DNA from: Lachnospiraceae bacterium
Lineage (GTDB): Bacteria > Bacillota > Clostridia > Lachnospirales > Lachnospiraceae
Length of the DNA stretch: 64,000 nucleotides
Direction of reading: 5' to 3'
Assembly (NCBI GenBank): GCA_024690885.1
Contig: JAILOI010000010.1
Location: forward strand, 1,830 to 65,829
Both the position numbers and the translations under genes were made by a program. Shown piece by piece: positions 32,268 through 43,485 of this stretch. The notes below the pieces were generated by a model. It saw only the letters and a program-made list of their open reading frames with translations, was not told the origin of the DNA and did not search any database. How positions within the stretch are numbered: position 1 is the first letter of the stretch; the number at the start of each line of letters is the position of its first letter.

Positions 32268-34361
32268 CTATTCTTCTTCGCCCTCTTTCACTTTAGACGC
32301 CCGACGTTCCACTTCTGCATCCTGAACATCTTTGGGTGCCTGCTGATACTTTAAGAATTCATAAGAAAAGTCTCCGGTTCCCCCGGTCATGGACCGTAAG
32401 ACAGTGCCATAACCATATAATTCCGCAAATGGAATTTCTGCTACAATTTCCTGTTTATCTCCGCCAACCGCATTCATGCCGTTGACTCTGGCACGACGCT
32501 TATTCAAATCTCCCATAACATCACCGGTATATGCATCGGATACATAGACCTTCAGAAGTGCAATGGGCTCTAAGAGGATTGGTTTTGCCTCCATCATGCC
32601 TTGCTTAAGCGCCATACGTGCTGCCACCTTGAAGGAGTTCTCCGAGGAATCCACCGGATGGTAGCTTCCATCGTAGAGATTGGCTTTGACACCCACCACC
32701 GGATAGGCGGCCAGTGGTCCGGCCAGGGTTGCTTCTGCAATACCCTTTTCCACTGCAGGGAAAAAGTTCTTCGGTACCGCACCACCCACAACGGTCTGGG
32801 AGAATTCATACGCTTCTTCCAAATTGCCGGATGGTTCAAAGGTCATCTTTACGTGTCCGTATTGGCCATGGCCACCGGACTGCTTCTTGTGCTTGTATTC
32901 CACATCGGATTTTCCAAGGATGGTTTCCTTGTAAGCAATCTTCGGTTGAGATAGTTCGATTTCCACTTTGTACTTTTCTGCCAGGGCTTCCTGCACCACT
33001 TCCAGATGCTGCTCGGAAATACCATACAACAGAGTCTGATGATTCTCTGCATCGTTCACCATCTTCACCGTCAAATCTTCCTGCATAATCTTCGCAATGG
33101 CAGAGGCTGCCTTGTCCTCATCCCCCTTGTTCTTTACCTTGTAGCGCAGGTAGGTATACGGAGTTGGAATGGCCGCACGCAAATATGCAATTGGATTGGC
33201 TTTCGTGGACAAGGAATCCGTGGTGGTCACCTTCTGTAATTTACTTAAGGCACCAATATCACCGGCATGCAGTTCCGATACCTCGTCTGCCTTCGAACCG
33301 GTTAGGATATAAATCTTACCGATTTTCTCTTCGAAGTCTTTGTGATAGTTGTAAAGCAAATCATCGGTTTTTAATACGCCGGAATTTACCTTAATCAAGG
33401 AATACTTTCCAACAAAAGGATCGACGATGGTCTTAAACACATAGGCACTCTTTGGAAGAGAGAAATCGTAATCCGCCTGGAAGGTGTCATTGCTCTTGGC
33501 GTTGATACCGGTACACTCCCGCATCTCCGGAGAAGGCAGGTATTTTATAATATCCACCATCAACGTATACATACCACGGTTTAAGGTATTCGAACCCATC
33601 AACACCGGAACGATGCTTCCGTCATACACATTGTTCCGTAAAGTGGATCGGATTTCATCTTCGGAGAACTCCTCTCCGCCAAAATAACGATCCATAAATT
33701 CTTCACTGGTCTCTGCCACAGATTCCATCAATGCTTCCCTGCAGAGGCTTAAATTTTCTTTGGAATACTCCGGAACCTCCATCTTCTCCACCGTTCCGTC
33801 TGCCTTCCAACGTTTTGCCCGCTGTTGGATAACATTCACGTAACCAACAAATGCACCCTCTTCACGGATTGGTAGATGGAAAGGTGCAATGCATTTGCCG
33901 TACAGGCCTTGCAAATCCTCTACCACCTGTCGAAAGCTGGCGTCATCCACATCCATCTCCGTAACGAACACCATACGTGGCAGATGATAGCGTTCGCATT
34001 GCTCCCATGCACGTTTGGTACCACTTTCAATTCCGTTCTTTCCGGACACAACAATAATCGCGGCATCCGCAGCGGAAAGTGCTTCCTCGCATTCACCCAC
34101 GAAATCGATGGAACCCGGTGTATCGAGAATATTGATTTTACAATCTTCCCACGGAATTGGAATCAGAGAAGTCTGAATAGAAATTTGACGCTTGACTTCT
34201 TGTTTGTCGTAGTCACTGATGGTGTTTCCCTCGGAAACCTTGCCCAAGCGACTGGTCATGCCTGCAAGATAAGCCATGGACTCTACCAGAGATGTTTTAC
34301 CACAACCCCCATGTCCCAGTAAAACCACGTTACGAATCTTGTCTGTCGTGTAAACTTTCAT
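32268..34361 (-). CDS. Elongation factor G paralog (EF-G2-like)
   Basis: GHGGCGKT, DTPG, HKKQSGGHGQYG, DGSYHPVDSSE, LLEPI; ATG 34361 (alternative TTG 34367). Confidence 0.92.
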   Translation of the reverse strand: MKVYTTDKIRNVVLLGHGGCGKTSLVESMAYLAGMTSRLGKVSEGNTISDYDKQEVKRQISIQTSLIPIPWEDCKINILDTPGSIDFVGECEEALSAADAAIIVVSGKNGIESGTKRAWEQCERYHLPRMVFVTEMDVDDASFRQVVEDLQGLYGKCIAPFHLPIREEGAFVGYVNVIQQRAKRWKADGTVEKMEVPEYSKENLSLCREALMESVAETSEEFMDRYFGGEEFSEDEIRSTLRNNVYDGSIVPVLMGSNTLNRGMYTLMVDIIKYLPSPEMRECTGINAKSNDTFQADYDFSLPKSAYVFKTIVDPFVGKYSLIKVNSGVLKTDDLLYNYHKDFEEKIGKIYILTGSKADEVSELHAGDIGALSKLQKVTTTDSLSTKANPIAYLRAAIPTPYTYLRYKVKNKGDEDKAASAIAKIMQEDLTVKMVNDAENHQTLLYGISEQHLEVVQEALAEKYKVEIELSQPKIAYKETILGKSDVEYKHKKQSGGHGQYGHVKMTFEPSGNLEEAYEFSQTVVGGAVPKNFFPAVEKGIAEATLAGPLAAYPVVGVKANLYDGSYHPVDSSENSFKVAARMALKQGMMEAKPILLEPIALLKVYVSDAYTGDVMGDLNKRRARVNGMNAVGGDKQEIVAEIPFAELYGYGTVLRSMTGGTGDFSYEFLKYQQAPKDVQDAEVERRASKVKEGEEE

Positions 34362-34428
34362 GTTCAATTGTCCCCCTGTTCTTAGTAGTCGTGTATCCGT
34401 TGCCTAGATACCTTCAAATCATATCTTA

Positions 34429-34457
34429 ATTTTACTAGACATTATGGTAAGATACAA
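34429..34457 (-). promoter_or_regulatory. Sigma-A promoter for the EF-G paralog
   Basis: TTGTAT-17-TAAAAT. Confidence 0.6.
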
Positions 34458-34555
34458 TAAATTATTAGTTATTTTAAAATTTATTTTTGTATTGTCTGCA
34501 TCTTTTAAGAGGCATCAAATTCCCAGCACAAACCCTTGTGGAATCATGGTTTTCG

Positions 34556-34584
34556 TTGACTTTAGCCGGATAAATCGGTAGGAT
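34556..34584 (+). promoter_or_regulatory. Sigma-A promoter for tyrA-aroA
   Basis: TTGACT-17-TAGGAT, followed by AGGAG RBS. Confidence 0.65.
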
Positions 34585-34615
34585 GAAAGATAGAAAAAGG
34601 AAAAGGAGAATACTC

Positions 34616-35716
34616 TTGAAATTTGAATCTATGGGATTTATCGGTCTTGGTTTGATCGGTGGATCCATCGCAAAAGCAATCAAGCATATATATCCCAAAA
34701 CCCACATCATAGCGCATGCTTCCCACGCTTCCACCATTGAGGAGGCTTATCAGGCTGGCGTCATCGACAACGATACCCTGTTGGATATCCGGGCTTTTGC
34801 CTCCTGTGATGTATTGTTTTTATGCTCTCCGGTTGGAATCAACATCTCCTACTTAGAGCAATTGGCACCCCTATTATCCCCAGACTGTATTCTGACCGAT
34901 GTAGGAAGTGTCAAGGGCGATATTCATCAGGCGGTGGCATCGTTGGATTTACAACAACAGTTCATCGGTGGGCATCCCATGACCGGATCGGAGAAAACCG
35001 GATTTACCAATTCCTCCCCCGGCTTATTGGAGAACGCCTACTATATTCTTACCTCCACGGAAGCCTCTCTGGCTTCGGATGTGGATGAATTTGCAGGTTA
35101 TCTGGCTACCCTTGGGGCCATTCCCATTAAGTTAGATCCCAAGGAACATGATTTTGCAACGGCAGCCATCTCTCATCTCCCGCATGTGATCTCGGCCACC
35201 TTAGTGAACTTGGTCAAGGACAACGACACGGACCGGGAGTTACTGCGCACCATTGCAGCCGGTGGTTTTAAGGATATTACCCGCATCTCCTCCTCTTCGC
35301 CGGTGATGTGGCAACATATCTGTAAGGCCAACCGGGAGGAACTTCTGCATCTGACGGATCTCTACATCCAAAGTTTTACGGACTTTCAGGATGCCATCCG
35401 ACAGGAGGACGAAGCCAAGATTTTTTCCCTGTTCCAGAATGCCAAGAATTATCGGGATTCCATGCGCACCCAAAGCACCGGAATTCTGCCGCAAAGCTAT
35501 GAGTTTTACTGTGACTTGGTGGATGAAGCCGGCGGTATTGCAACCATCGCCACCATCCTTGCCACCCACGGGTTAAACATCAAAAACATTGGCATCATTC
35601 ATGACCGTGAATTTGAAGAGGGCGTGCTCCACATCGAGATGTACGACTTAGAGTCCATGGACAATGCCATTACCCTGCTTCAGGCACATCGCTACATCGT
35701 ACACAAAAAGAAATAA
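34616..35716 (+). CDS. tyrA: Prephenate dehydrogenase with C-terminal ACT domain
   Basis: GLGLIGGS, TDVGSVK, GGHPMTGSE, HD...A.ISHLPH, GGFKDITRI; TTG start 34616 after AGGAG. Confidence 0.93.
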   Translation: MKFESMGFIGLGLIGGSIAKAIKHIYPKTHIIAHASHASTIEEAYQAGVIDNDTLLDIRAFASCDVLFLCSPVGINISYLEQLAPLLSPDCILTDVGSVKGDIHQAVASLDLQQQFIGGHPMTGSEKTGFTNSSPGLLENAYYILTSTEASLASDVDEFAGYLATLGAIPIKLDPKEHDFATAAISHLPHVISATLVNLVKDNDTDRELLRTIAAGGFKDITRISSSSPVMWQHICKANREELLHLTDLYIQSFTDFQDAIRQEDEAKIFSLFQNAKNYRDSMRTQSTGILPQSYEFYCDLVDEAGGIATIATILATHGLNIKNIGIIHDREFEEGVLHIEMYDLESMDNAITLLQAHRYIVHKKK

Positions 35717-35728
35717 GGAATATATAAC

Positions 35729-36997
35729 ATGAAGAAAAGATTACGCGGAACCATCACCGTACCGGGAGACAAATCCATCTCTCATCGCGGTGTCATGTTT
35801 GGTTCCATTGCAAAAGGCACCACCGAATTAACCGGATTTTTAGACGGCGCCGACTGTCGCAGCACCATCGCATGTTTTCGTGCCATGGGCATTGCAATTG
35901 AACAAGAGAAGGACCATGTGATCATCCATGGAAATGGACTCCATGGATTACAAGCGCCGACTTCCATGTTGGATGTAGGCAACAGCGGAACCACCACCCG
36001 TCTCATCAGCGGAATCCTGGCCGCTCAAAATTTTCGTTGCGAATTGAACGGAGATGATTCCATTCAGAAGCGTCCCATGAAACGCATTATGGAACCACTG
36101 ATTTCCATGGGCGCAGACATCACATCCCTACGTGACAATGGATGTGCACCACTGAGAATCAACGGCCGCCCTTTAACCGGCATTCATTATGATTCACCGG
36201 TGGCTTCTGCCCAGGTAAAATCCTGTATCCTGCTCGCCGGCTTATATGCCGATGGGGAAACTTCGGTAACAGAACCTGCCATTTCCAGAAACCATACGGA
36301 ACTGATGCTGGGTGGATTTGGTGCTACGATACGAAGCGAAGGCAATACCGCAATCATTCAACCGGCCGAGGAACTCTATGGTCAACAGATTGCCATTCCG
36401 GGAGATATCTCCTCCGCTGCTTATTATATTGCAGCAGGCTTAATTGCAGAGGATGCGGATCTCTTAATTACCAATGTGAATACCAATCCAACCCGTGCTG
36501 GTATCCTTGCAGTTGCCAAGGCCATGGGCGGTAAGATTACACTGGAAAATGAGCGTATCGTATCCGGAGAACCGGTGGCCGATATCCATGTCACATCTTC
36601 GAACTTACATGGCTGTGAAATTTCCGGCGATATCATACCGACCCTCATCGACGAGATTCCAATCATTGCAGTGATGGCAGCCGCTGCCGAAGGCACCACC
36701 ACCATTCGTGATGCAGCCGAGCTTCGTGTAAAGGAATCCGATCGTATTGCAACGGTTACCGAGAATTTAACCGCTATGGGCGCAGATATTACTCCTACCG
36801 AGGATGGCATGATGATCACCGGTGGCAAGCCGCTCCATGGAGCATCCATTCAGACCTACTTAGATCATCGCATTGCCATGGCGTTTACCATTGCCTCCTT
36901 GCTCTGCGAGGACGAGAATTCCTTAGATCATCCGGACTGTGTAACCATCTCCTATCCAAATTTCTATCAGGATATAAACCGTTTATTACAGAACTAA
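35729..36997 (+). CDS. aroA: 3-phosphoshikimate 1-carboxyvinyltransferase
   Basis: PGDKSISHR, GNSGTT, SAQVKS, ELRVKESDR, DHRIAM. Confidence 0.97.
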   Translation: MKKRLRGTITVPGDKSISHRGVMFGSIAKGTTELTGFLDGADCRSTIACFRAMGIAIEQEKDHVIIHGNGLHGLQAPTSMLDVGNSGTTTRLISGILAAQNFRCELNGDDSIQKRPMKRIMEPLISMGADITSLRDNGCAPLRINGRPLTGIHYDSPVASAQVKSCILLAGLYADGETSVTEPAISRNHTELMLGGFGATIRSEGNTAIIQPAEELYGQQIAIPGDISSAAYYIAAGLIAEDADLLITNVNTNPTRAGILAVAKAMGGKITLENERIVSGEPVADIHVTSSNLHGCEISGDIIPTLIDEIPIIAVMAAAAEGTTTIRDAAELRVKESDRIATVTENLTAMGADITPTEDGMMITGGKPLHGASIQTYLDHRIAMAFTIASLLCEDENSLDHPDCVTISYPNFYQDINRLLQN

Positions 36998-36999
36998 GC

Positions 37000-37030
37000 A
37001 AAAACCTCTGCCAGCAGGCAGAGGTTTTGT
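37000..37030. terminator. Bidirectional terminator between convergent aroA and sfsA
   Basis: AAAACCTCTGCC-AGCA-GGCAGAGGTTTT. Confidence 0.85.
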
Positions 37031-37047
37031 TATACAAATTCTATGAA

Positions 37048-37704
37048 TCATACCGATACAATTTCTAAGGTATCCGGCTCCACATGACAGGGCAAAAACA
37101 GAATTTCCACGCCGACCTTCTCCGCTTCTTCCATGGCAACCCCAAAGGCAGGATGGGTATCCACATTGGGACGTACTTCATAGACCCCATCCATCTGAAT
37201 CACAAAGGCAAGAATTGCATGGATGCCGGCTTGCTTTGCTTTGATTAGCTCCTGAATGTGCTTGATTCCTCGTTCCGTTGGTGCATCCGGAAAATAACCG
37301 ATTCCATCCACCTCTAAGGTGCACCCCTTGACCTCCATGAGAAACCGTTCATCCGCTCGTTCCATATAGAAATCAATCCGAGAATCCCCATAGGTATATT
37401 CCGGTTGTATCCGATCAAAATCTTTCTTCTGTAGCCATTCCATCACCACTTTATTCGGCGCCTGACTATCGATATTAAACAGGATGCCATTGCTTTTTCG
37501 CACTGCCACCAAATCATAGGTGGTCTTCCGATTGGGCGTCCCCGGTGCTGTCAGATACACTTCACAACCGGGAATCAGTAGTTCCTTGCATCGACCGGTA
37601 TTTTTCACGTGGACCACTTCTTTCTTCCCATCCACCTCGACTTCGGCAATAAACCGATTGGGGCGCGATTGAAATGTAGCCTTGGTAATATTGGAATACT
37701 TCAT
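37048..37704 (-). CDS. sfsA: DNA/RNA nuclease SfsA
   Basis: RPNRF, HVKNTGRCKELL, SRIDF, EVKGCTL, FPDAPTERG.KH; ATG 37704 with AAGGAG. Confidence 0.94.
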   Translation of the reverse strand: MKYSNITKATFQSRPNRFIAEVEVDGKKEVVHVKNTGRCKELLIPGCEVYLTAPGTPNRKTTYDLVAVRKSNGILFNIDSQAPNKVVMEWLQKKDFDRIQPEYTYGDSRIDFYMERADERFLMEVKGCTLEVDGIGYFPDAPTERGIKHIQELIKAKQAGIHAILAFVIQMDGVYEVRPNVDTHPAFGVAMEEAEKVGVEILFLPCHVEPDTLEIVSV

Positions 37705-37850
37705 ACAAACTCCTTTGGATGGAGCATCCTGCTCAATGCCCCGTTTTTCCACCTTTTTATCCTACCAAATGTCCCAGGCAAAAACCACGCAATTTTTCTT
37801 TGTTTGTGTGTCTCTTTTGTGTCTATCCGGATGTTATATATAATATATCT

Positions 37851-37954
37851 CTAGTTTTCCCCCCAACGAGGCAAGGCGGCGCAGGTAATTTTACCTGCGT
37901 CATTTTGCGTCCAAAAACAAAGAAGAAGGGCTTACCCGAAGGTAAGCCCTTTTT
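37851..37954 (+). ncRNA. Candidate small RNA with C-rich 5' seed
   Basis: TTGTGT-16-TATAAT upstream; UUUUCCCCCCAACG, then a long hairpin whose G-U pairs form only on plus; no credible ORF; downstream U5 terminator. Confidence 0.45.
37926..37954. terminator. Bidirectional terminator ending the glp operon
   Basis: AAGGGCTTACC-CGAA-GGTAAGCCCTT (UUCG tetraloop on minus), U-rich tails both ways. Confidence 0.88.
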
Positions 37955-37969
37955 GTGGATACGCGAGGA

Positions 37970-38335
37970 TTAAGCAATATCCACATCTTTTGTGGCAATT
38001 ATGTCGACGCCTGTGTGACAGATATCTTTTAGGATCACATCTCCTACTTTTACAGGCGCAGCAACCGTTACTTGATTGATTTCTTCCATACAGGCAAAAA
38101 TCTTGTCCTTCGGAATGTCCGAAGCGGTTTTGCAAGAAACCATAGCAATCTTGCCGCCAATCACCGGAACGGTAGAGGTGACGATACGGGTTGGATTGGT
38201 GACTTCTTTTCTAGCGTAATCGTCCCCGCGTTTACAGGTATTTCCGGTAACGCTTACCACCGTACCCTGATCAATGGTTACTTCTAACTGGCAACCCATC
38301 GGGCAGCCAATGCAAGTTAAATTTCTGACTTCCAT
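37970..38335 (-). CDS. DUF1667 small CxxC protein
   Basis: TCIGCPMGC...GNTCKRG, P.RIVTSTV. Confidence 0.88.
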   Translation of the reverse strand: MEVRNLTCIGCPMGCQLEVTIDQGTVVSVTGNTCKRGDDYARKEVTNPTRIVTSTVPVIGGKIAMVSCKTASDIPKDKIFACMEEINQVTVAAPVKVGDVILKDICHTGVDIIATKDVDIA

Positions 38336-38349
38336 ATTTGCTCCCCTTT

Positions 38350-39612
38350 CTATACAGACTCGATTTTAATGGTGATATCGGAAATATCGCCAAACTCAGC
38401 CAGTTTCTTTTTATCGATGATTACCTGCTCCATTTCACCCGGAGCCATAATCTGCTTTTTCCGCTTTAATACCTGTTCGTCACCAAAGTACATGGTGATG
38501 GCAGAATTCTTAAACACCTTGCCCACACGGAAACGAACGGTGACGGTATCATCCATCTGATCCGGACGAATGGTACACGGTACCGTATATCGAACGCCGT
38601 CCACGGCTTTGATATCGATGATACGACCGGATGCCTCTCTTCCTTCTTTCACGTACTTTGCTGCGTTCTTGCCGGCGTTTTGTGCTTCCTGGGATACGAA
38701 ATCGACCAAGTCATGTACATGCAAGACGTTACCGCAAGCAAAGATACCCTCCACATTGGTTTCCAATGCATCATTGACCACCGGTCCGGATGTGATGGTT
38801 GATAACTCCACGCCGGCTGTCTTGGACAATTCATTCTCCGGTAACAAGCCGACCGATAACAACAAGGTATCACAGGAATAGTGCTCTTCCGTACCTGAGA
38901 TTGGCTTCATGTCCGGGCCGACTTCTGCGATGGTAATTCCCGTCACGCGTTCTTTGCCCTCAATGTCTACCACAGTATGGGACAGCTTCAACGGGATTCC
39001 GTAGTCATCCAAACATTGCACGATGTTTCGCTTTAAGCCACCGGAATACGGCATCAATTCTGCGACAACCTTGACCTTTGCCCCTTCCAACGTCATACGA
39101 CGTGCCATAATCAGGCCAATGTCACCACTTCCAAGAATGACTACCTCACGGCCCGGCAAATATCCCTCAATATTAACCAAACGCTGTGCCGTACCTGCGG
39201 AGAAAATACCGGCAGGACGATATCCCGGAATATTTAAGGCGCCTCTCGGACGCTCTCTGCAGCCCATGGCAAGAATTACTGCCTTGGCCTGTATTTGAAA
39301 CATGCCATCGGTCTTATTCATTGCTGTGACTACCTTGTTTTCTGTAATATCCATAACCATGGTATTGAGCTTATATTCAATGCCCAGCTCAAATACCTGA
39401 TCCATAAAGCGTTTTGCGTACTCCGGTCCGGTCAACTCCTCCTTGAAGGTATGAAGACCAAATCCGTTATGAATACACTGATTCAAAATACCGCCCAACT
39501 CATGGTCACGTTCAAGAATTAAAATGGAATCCACACCGGAGCGTTTTGCTTCTGCAGCTGCAGCAAGCCCTGCAGGGCCACCGCCGATTACAACAATATC
39601 ATAGTTCTGCAT
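38350..39612 (-). CDS. NAD(P)/FAD-dependent oxidoreductase (G3P dehydrogenase partner subunit)
   Basis: GGGPAG, GGILNQCIHNGFG, GSGDIGLIMARR, GNVLHVHDLVD. Confidence 0.88.
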   Translation of the reverse strand: MQNYDIVVIGGGPAGLAAAAEAKRSGVDSILILERDHELGGILNQCIHNGFGLHTFKEELTGPEYAKRFMDQVFELGIEYKLNTMVMDITENKVVTAMNKTDGMFQIQAKAVILAMGCRERPRGALNIPGYRPAGIFSAGTAQRLVNIEGYLPGREVVILGSGDIGLIMARRMTLEGAKVKVVAELMPYSGGLKRNIVQCLDDYGIPLKLSHTVVDIEGKERVTGITIAEVGPDMKPISGTEEHYSCDTLLLSVGLLPENELSKTAGVELSTITSGPVVNDALETNVEGIFACGNVLHVHDLVDFVSQEAQNAGKNAAKYVKEGREASGRIIDIKAVDGVRYTVPCTIRPDQMDDTVTVRFRVGKVFKNSAITMYFGDEQVLKRKKQIMAPGEMEQVIIDKKKLAEFGDISDITIKIESV

Positions 39613-41066
39613 TATGCCTCTCCTCCTTTCCGATTCTTGGAAAGTTCCGGAGCGATTACAGATTCTCCGCCGCTCTTCGTTACTTTTTCTACCGGAATTC
39701 CTAATTCTCTATGAATGATTTCCATGACACGTGGAGAACAGAATCCTCCCTGGCAGCGTCCCATACCGGCACGGGTACGACGCTTTACGCCATCTAAGGA
39801 ACGTGCACCCAACGGACGATGGATGGCATCTAAGATTTCACCTTCGGAGATGGACTCACAGCGGCAGATAATCTGACCGTATTCCGGCTTCTCCTTAATC
39901 AGTGCATTCCGCTCTTCCAAAGACATCTCACTTGGATTTAAGATACCTGTTCTGGTACCCACCCAGTCACTCTTCTTTGCAGGCTTTGCCAAATCCACCA
40001 CAATGTCTGCAACCATACGGCCGATGGCCGGTGAAGACGTAAGTCCCGGAGACTCAATACCGGAACAATCAATGAATCCCGGTGCATCCTTGCACTCGCC
40101 GATGATAAATTCATGATGATCCTCATGGGCACGTAAGCCGGCGAAGCTGGTAATGACCTTGCGGCCCACCGGTAAATTCTTTACATGCATGCCTGCCTTG
40201 GCAATCAAATCATTGATGCCATCTGCAGTGGTTGCAGTACCTTCTCTGTCTTCGATATCTATCGCCGTAGGACCCACAATCAAATTGCCATGAATGGTTG
40301 GGGATACCAACACACCCTTACCAAGTTTGGTTGGCTGCGGGAAAATGGTATGAGACACATGAGCGCCCATCTCCTTATCCAGCAGGCAATAATCTCCACG
40401 ACGCGGTGTGATATGAATCTTGTCCTCGCTTACCATATTATGCAGCACATCCGCATAAACGCCGGCTGCATTTACAACATAACGGGTTTTATACTCGCCG
40501 TTGTTGGTTCGAACAACCCAAGTATCTCCCTCCTTGCGAAAACCTTCCACTTCCGTATTGAATCGGAAATCCACACCATTGACATTGGCGTTTTCCGCCA
40601 TTGCAATATTCAATATAAATGGGCATATAATGCCACCGGTTGGAGCATACAATGCTCCTTGTACATCATCTGAGAGATTTGGTTCCATCGCAAGAACCTC
40701 TTCCCTGCTTAGGATTTTCAAATCCTTGACACCGTTTGCTACTCCACGATCATACAATACCTGTAGTCCGGGTAATTCCTCCTTGTGGATGCAAACAACA
40801 AGAGAACCATTCCGCTTGAATGGGATGTCTAAATCTCTTGCCAAATCCCCCATCATCTCATTACCCTCTACATTCAATTTTGCCATAAGTGATCCTTCAG
40901 CTGCATCGAATCCAGCATGAACGATTGCACTATTTGCTTTACTAGTGCCGGAGCACACATCTTCAAACTTCTCCAATACTACGGTATTTAATTCGTACTT
41001 GGAAAGTTCTCTTGCAATGGCGCTTCCACTAACGCCTGCTCCGATGATAACTACATCGTAAATCAC
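39612..41066 (-). CDS. FAD-dependent glycerol-3-phosphate dehydrogenase-like protein with C-terminal BFD-like [2Fe-2S] domain
   Basis: GAGVSG, SKANSAIVHAG, SPGLTSSP, ICRCE...RRTRAGMGRCQGGFC; in glpK-glpF operon. Confidence 0.85.
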   Translation of the reverse strand: MIYDVVIIGAGVSGSAIARELSKYELNTVVLEKFEDVCSGTSKANSAIVHAGFDAAEGSLMAKLNVEGNEMMGDLARDLDIPFKRNGSLVVCIHKEELPGLQVLYDRGVANGVKDLKILSREEVLAMEPNLSDDVQGALYAPTGGIICPFILNIAMAENANVNGVDFRFNTEVEGFRKEGDTWVVRTNNGEYKTRYVVNAAGVYADVLHNMVSEDKIHITPRRGDYCLLDKEMGAHVSHTIFPQPTKLGKGVLVSPTIHGNLIVGPTAIDIEDREGTATTADGINDLIAKAGMHVKNLPVGRKVITSFAGLRAHEDHHEFIIGECKDAPGFIDCSGIESPGLTSSPAIGRMVADIVVDLAKPAKKSDWVGTRTGILNPSEMSLEERNALIKEKPEYGQIICRCESISEGEILDAIHRPLGARSLDGVKRRTRAGMGRCQGGFCSPRVMEIIHRELGIPVEKVTKSGGESVIAPELSKNRKGGEA

Positions 41067-41152
41067 TATTGTTACCCCTTTCTTTGAAAGGATTTGTGTG
41101 GCGACGGATGTCCGCCGCCACGATCCTTTTTATACTTGCATAAAAACTGTGC

Positions 41153-41863
41153 TTATGCGAATACAGCCATGTATACAAGAGATGCGCAAATACCACCAAG
41201 GATTGGTGCTACCAACGGAATCCATCCATATGCCCAGTTTGCATTCTTCTTGCCCTTATTCGGACCAAAGAGCTGATATGCAAAACGTGGTGCAGAATCT
41301 CTTGCTGCGTTCATTGCGTATCCGGTCAATCCACCGAAGGAAGCACCCATAGATACGATGACACCATAAACTAAAATCCAGCTAACTGCGGAATCTCCGG
41401 CGTTGCCAGGAATTGCTGCAAGTGTAAATACCAGCAAGAAGGTTGCTACGAACTCAGATAAGAAGTTCAAACCAACATTCGGAATAGAAGGTGCGGTACA
41501 GAAGCATCCGCGAACAACATCATCTTCCTCGGTTGCCTTAATATGATCTTTGTAGAGAACCATAAGAATGGCTGCGCCTACAAAACCACCAAGCATCTGA
41601 GCAATAATGTAGCCAGGAACCAAGCCCCACTCCATGCCACCACGGATAGCAACACCAATGGTTACTGCCGGATTAAAGTGTGCACCGGACTGTGCGCCAA
41701 AACAAAATGCAGGAACCATAACGGCCATTCCCCAGCCGATTAAGATATGTACAGGGCCTGCACCCTTCATTCCGGACTTGTTTAAGCTAACGTTACAGCA
41801 AACACCATCACCTAAGATTACAAGGAACATTGTTCCAATAAATTCTGCAATATAAGCTGTCAT
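41153..41863 (-). CDS. glpF: Glycerol uptake facilitator (aquaglyceroporin)
   Basis: AEFIGT, SGAHFNPAVT, second box NAARD, 6 TM. Confidence 0.92.
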   Translation of the reverse strand: MTAYIAEFIGTMFLVILGDGVCCNVSLNKSGMKGAGPVHILIGWGMAVMVPAFCFGAQSGAHFNPAVTIGVAIRGGMEWGLVPGYIIAQMLGGFVGAAILMVLYKDHIKATEEDDVVRGCFCTAPSIPNVGLNFLSEFVATFLLVFTLAAIPGNAGDSAVSWILVYGVIVSMGASFGGLTGYAMNAARDSAPRFAYQLFGPNKGKKNANWAYGWIPLVAPILGGICASLVYMAVFA

Positions 41864-41903
41864 TAAAATACCCCCTTAACGTGTATTAATGAAATAAACT
41901 CCC

Positions 41904-43454
<1,551 letters not shown>

Positions 43455-43485
43455 CTATTTATGCATTGGAATCTCACGAATGAAT

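Noticed and set aside
19996-34361. Cluster of translation-rescue factors (YebC, ABC-F, EF-G paralog) as one system
   Set aside because: Separated by independent promoters, terminators and unrelated genes; no evidence of co-regulation
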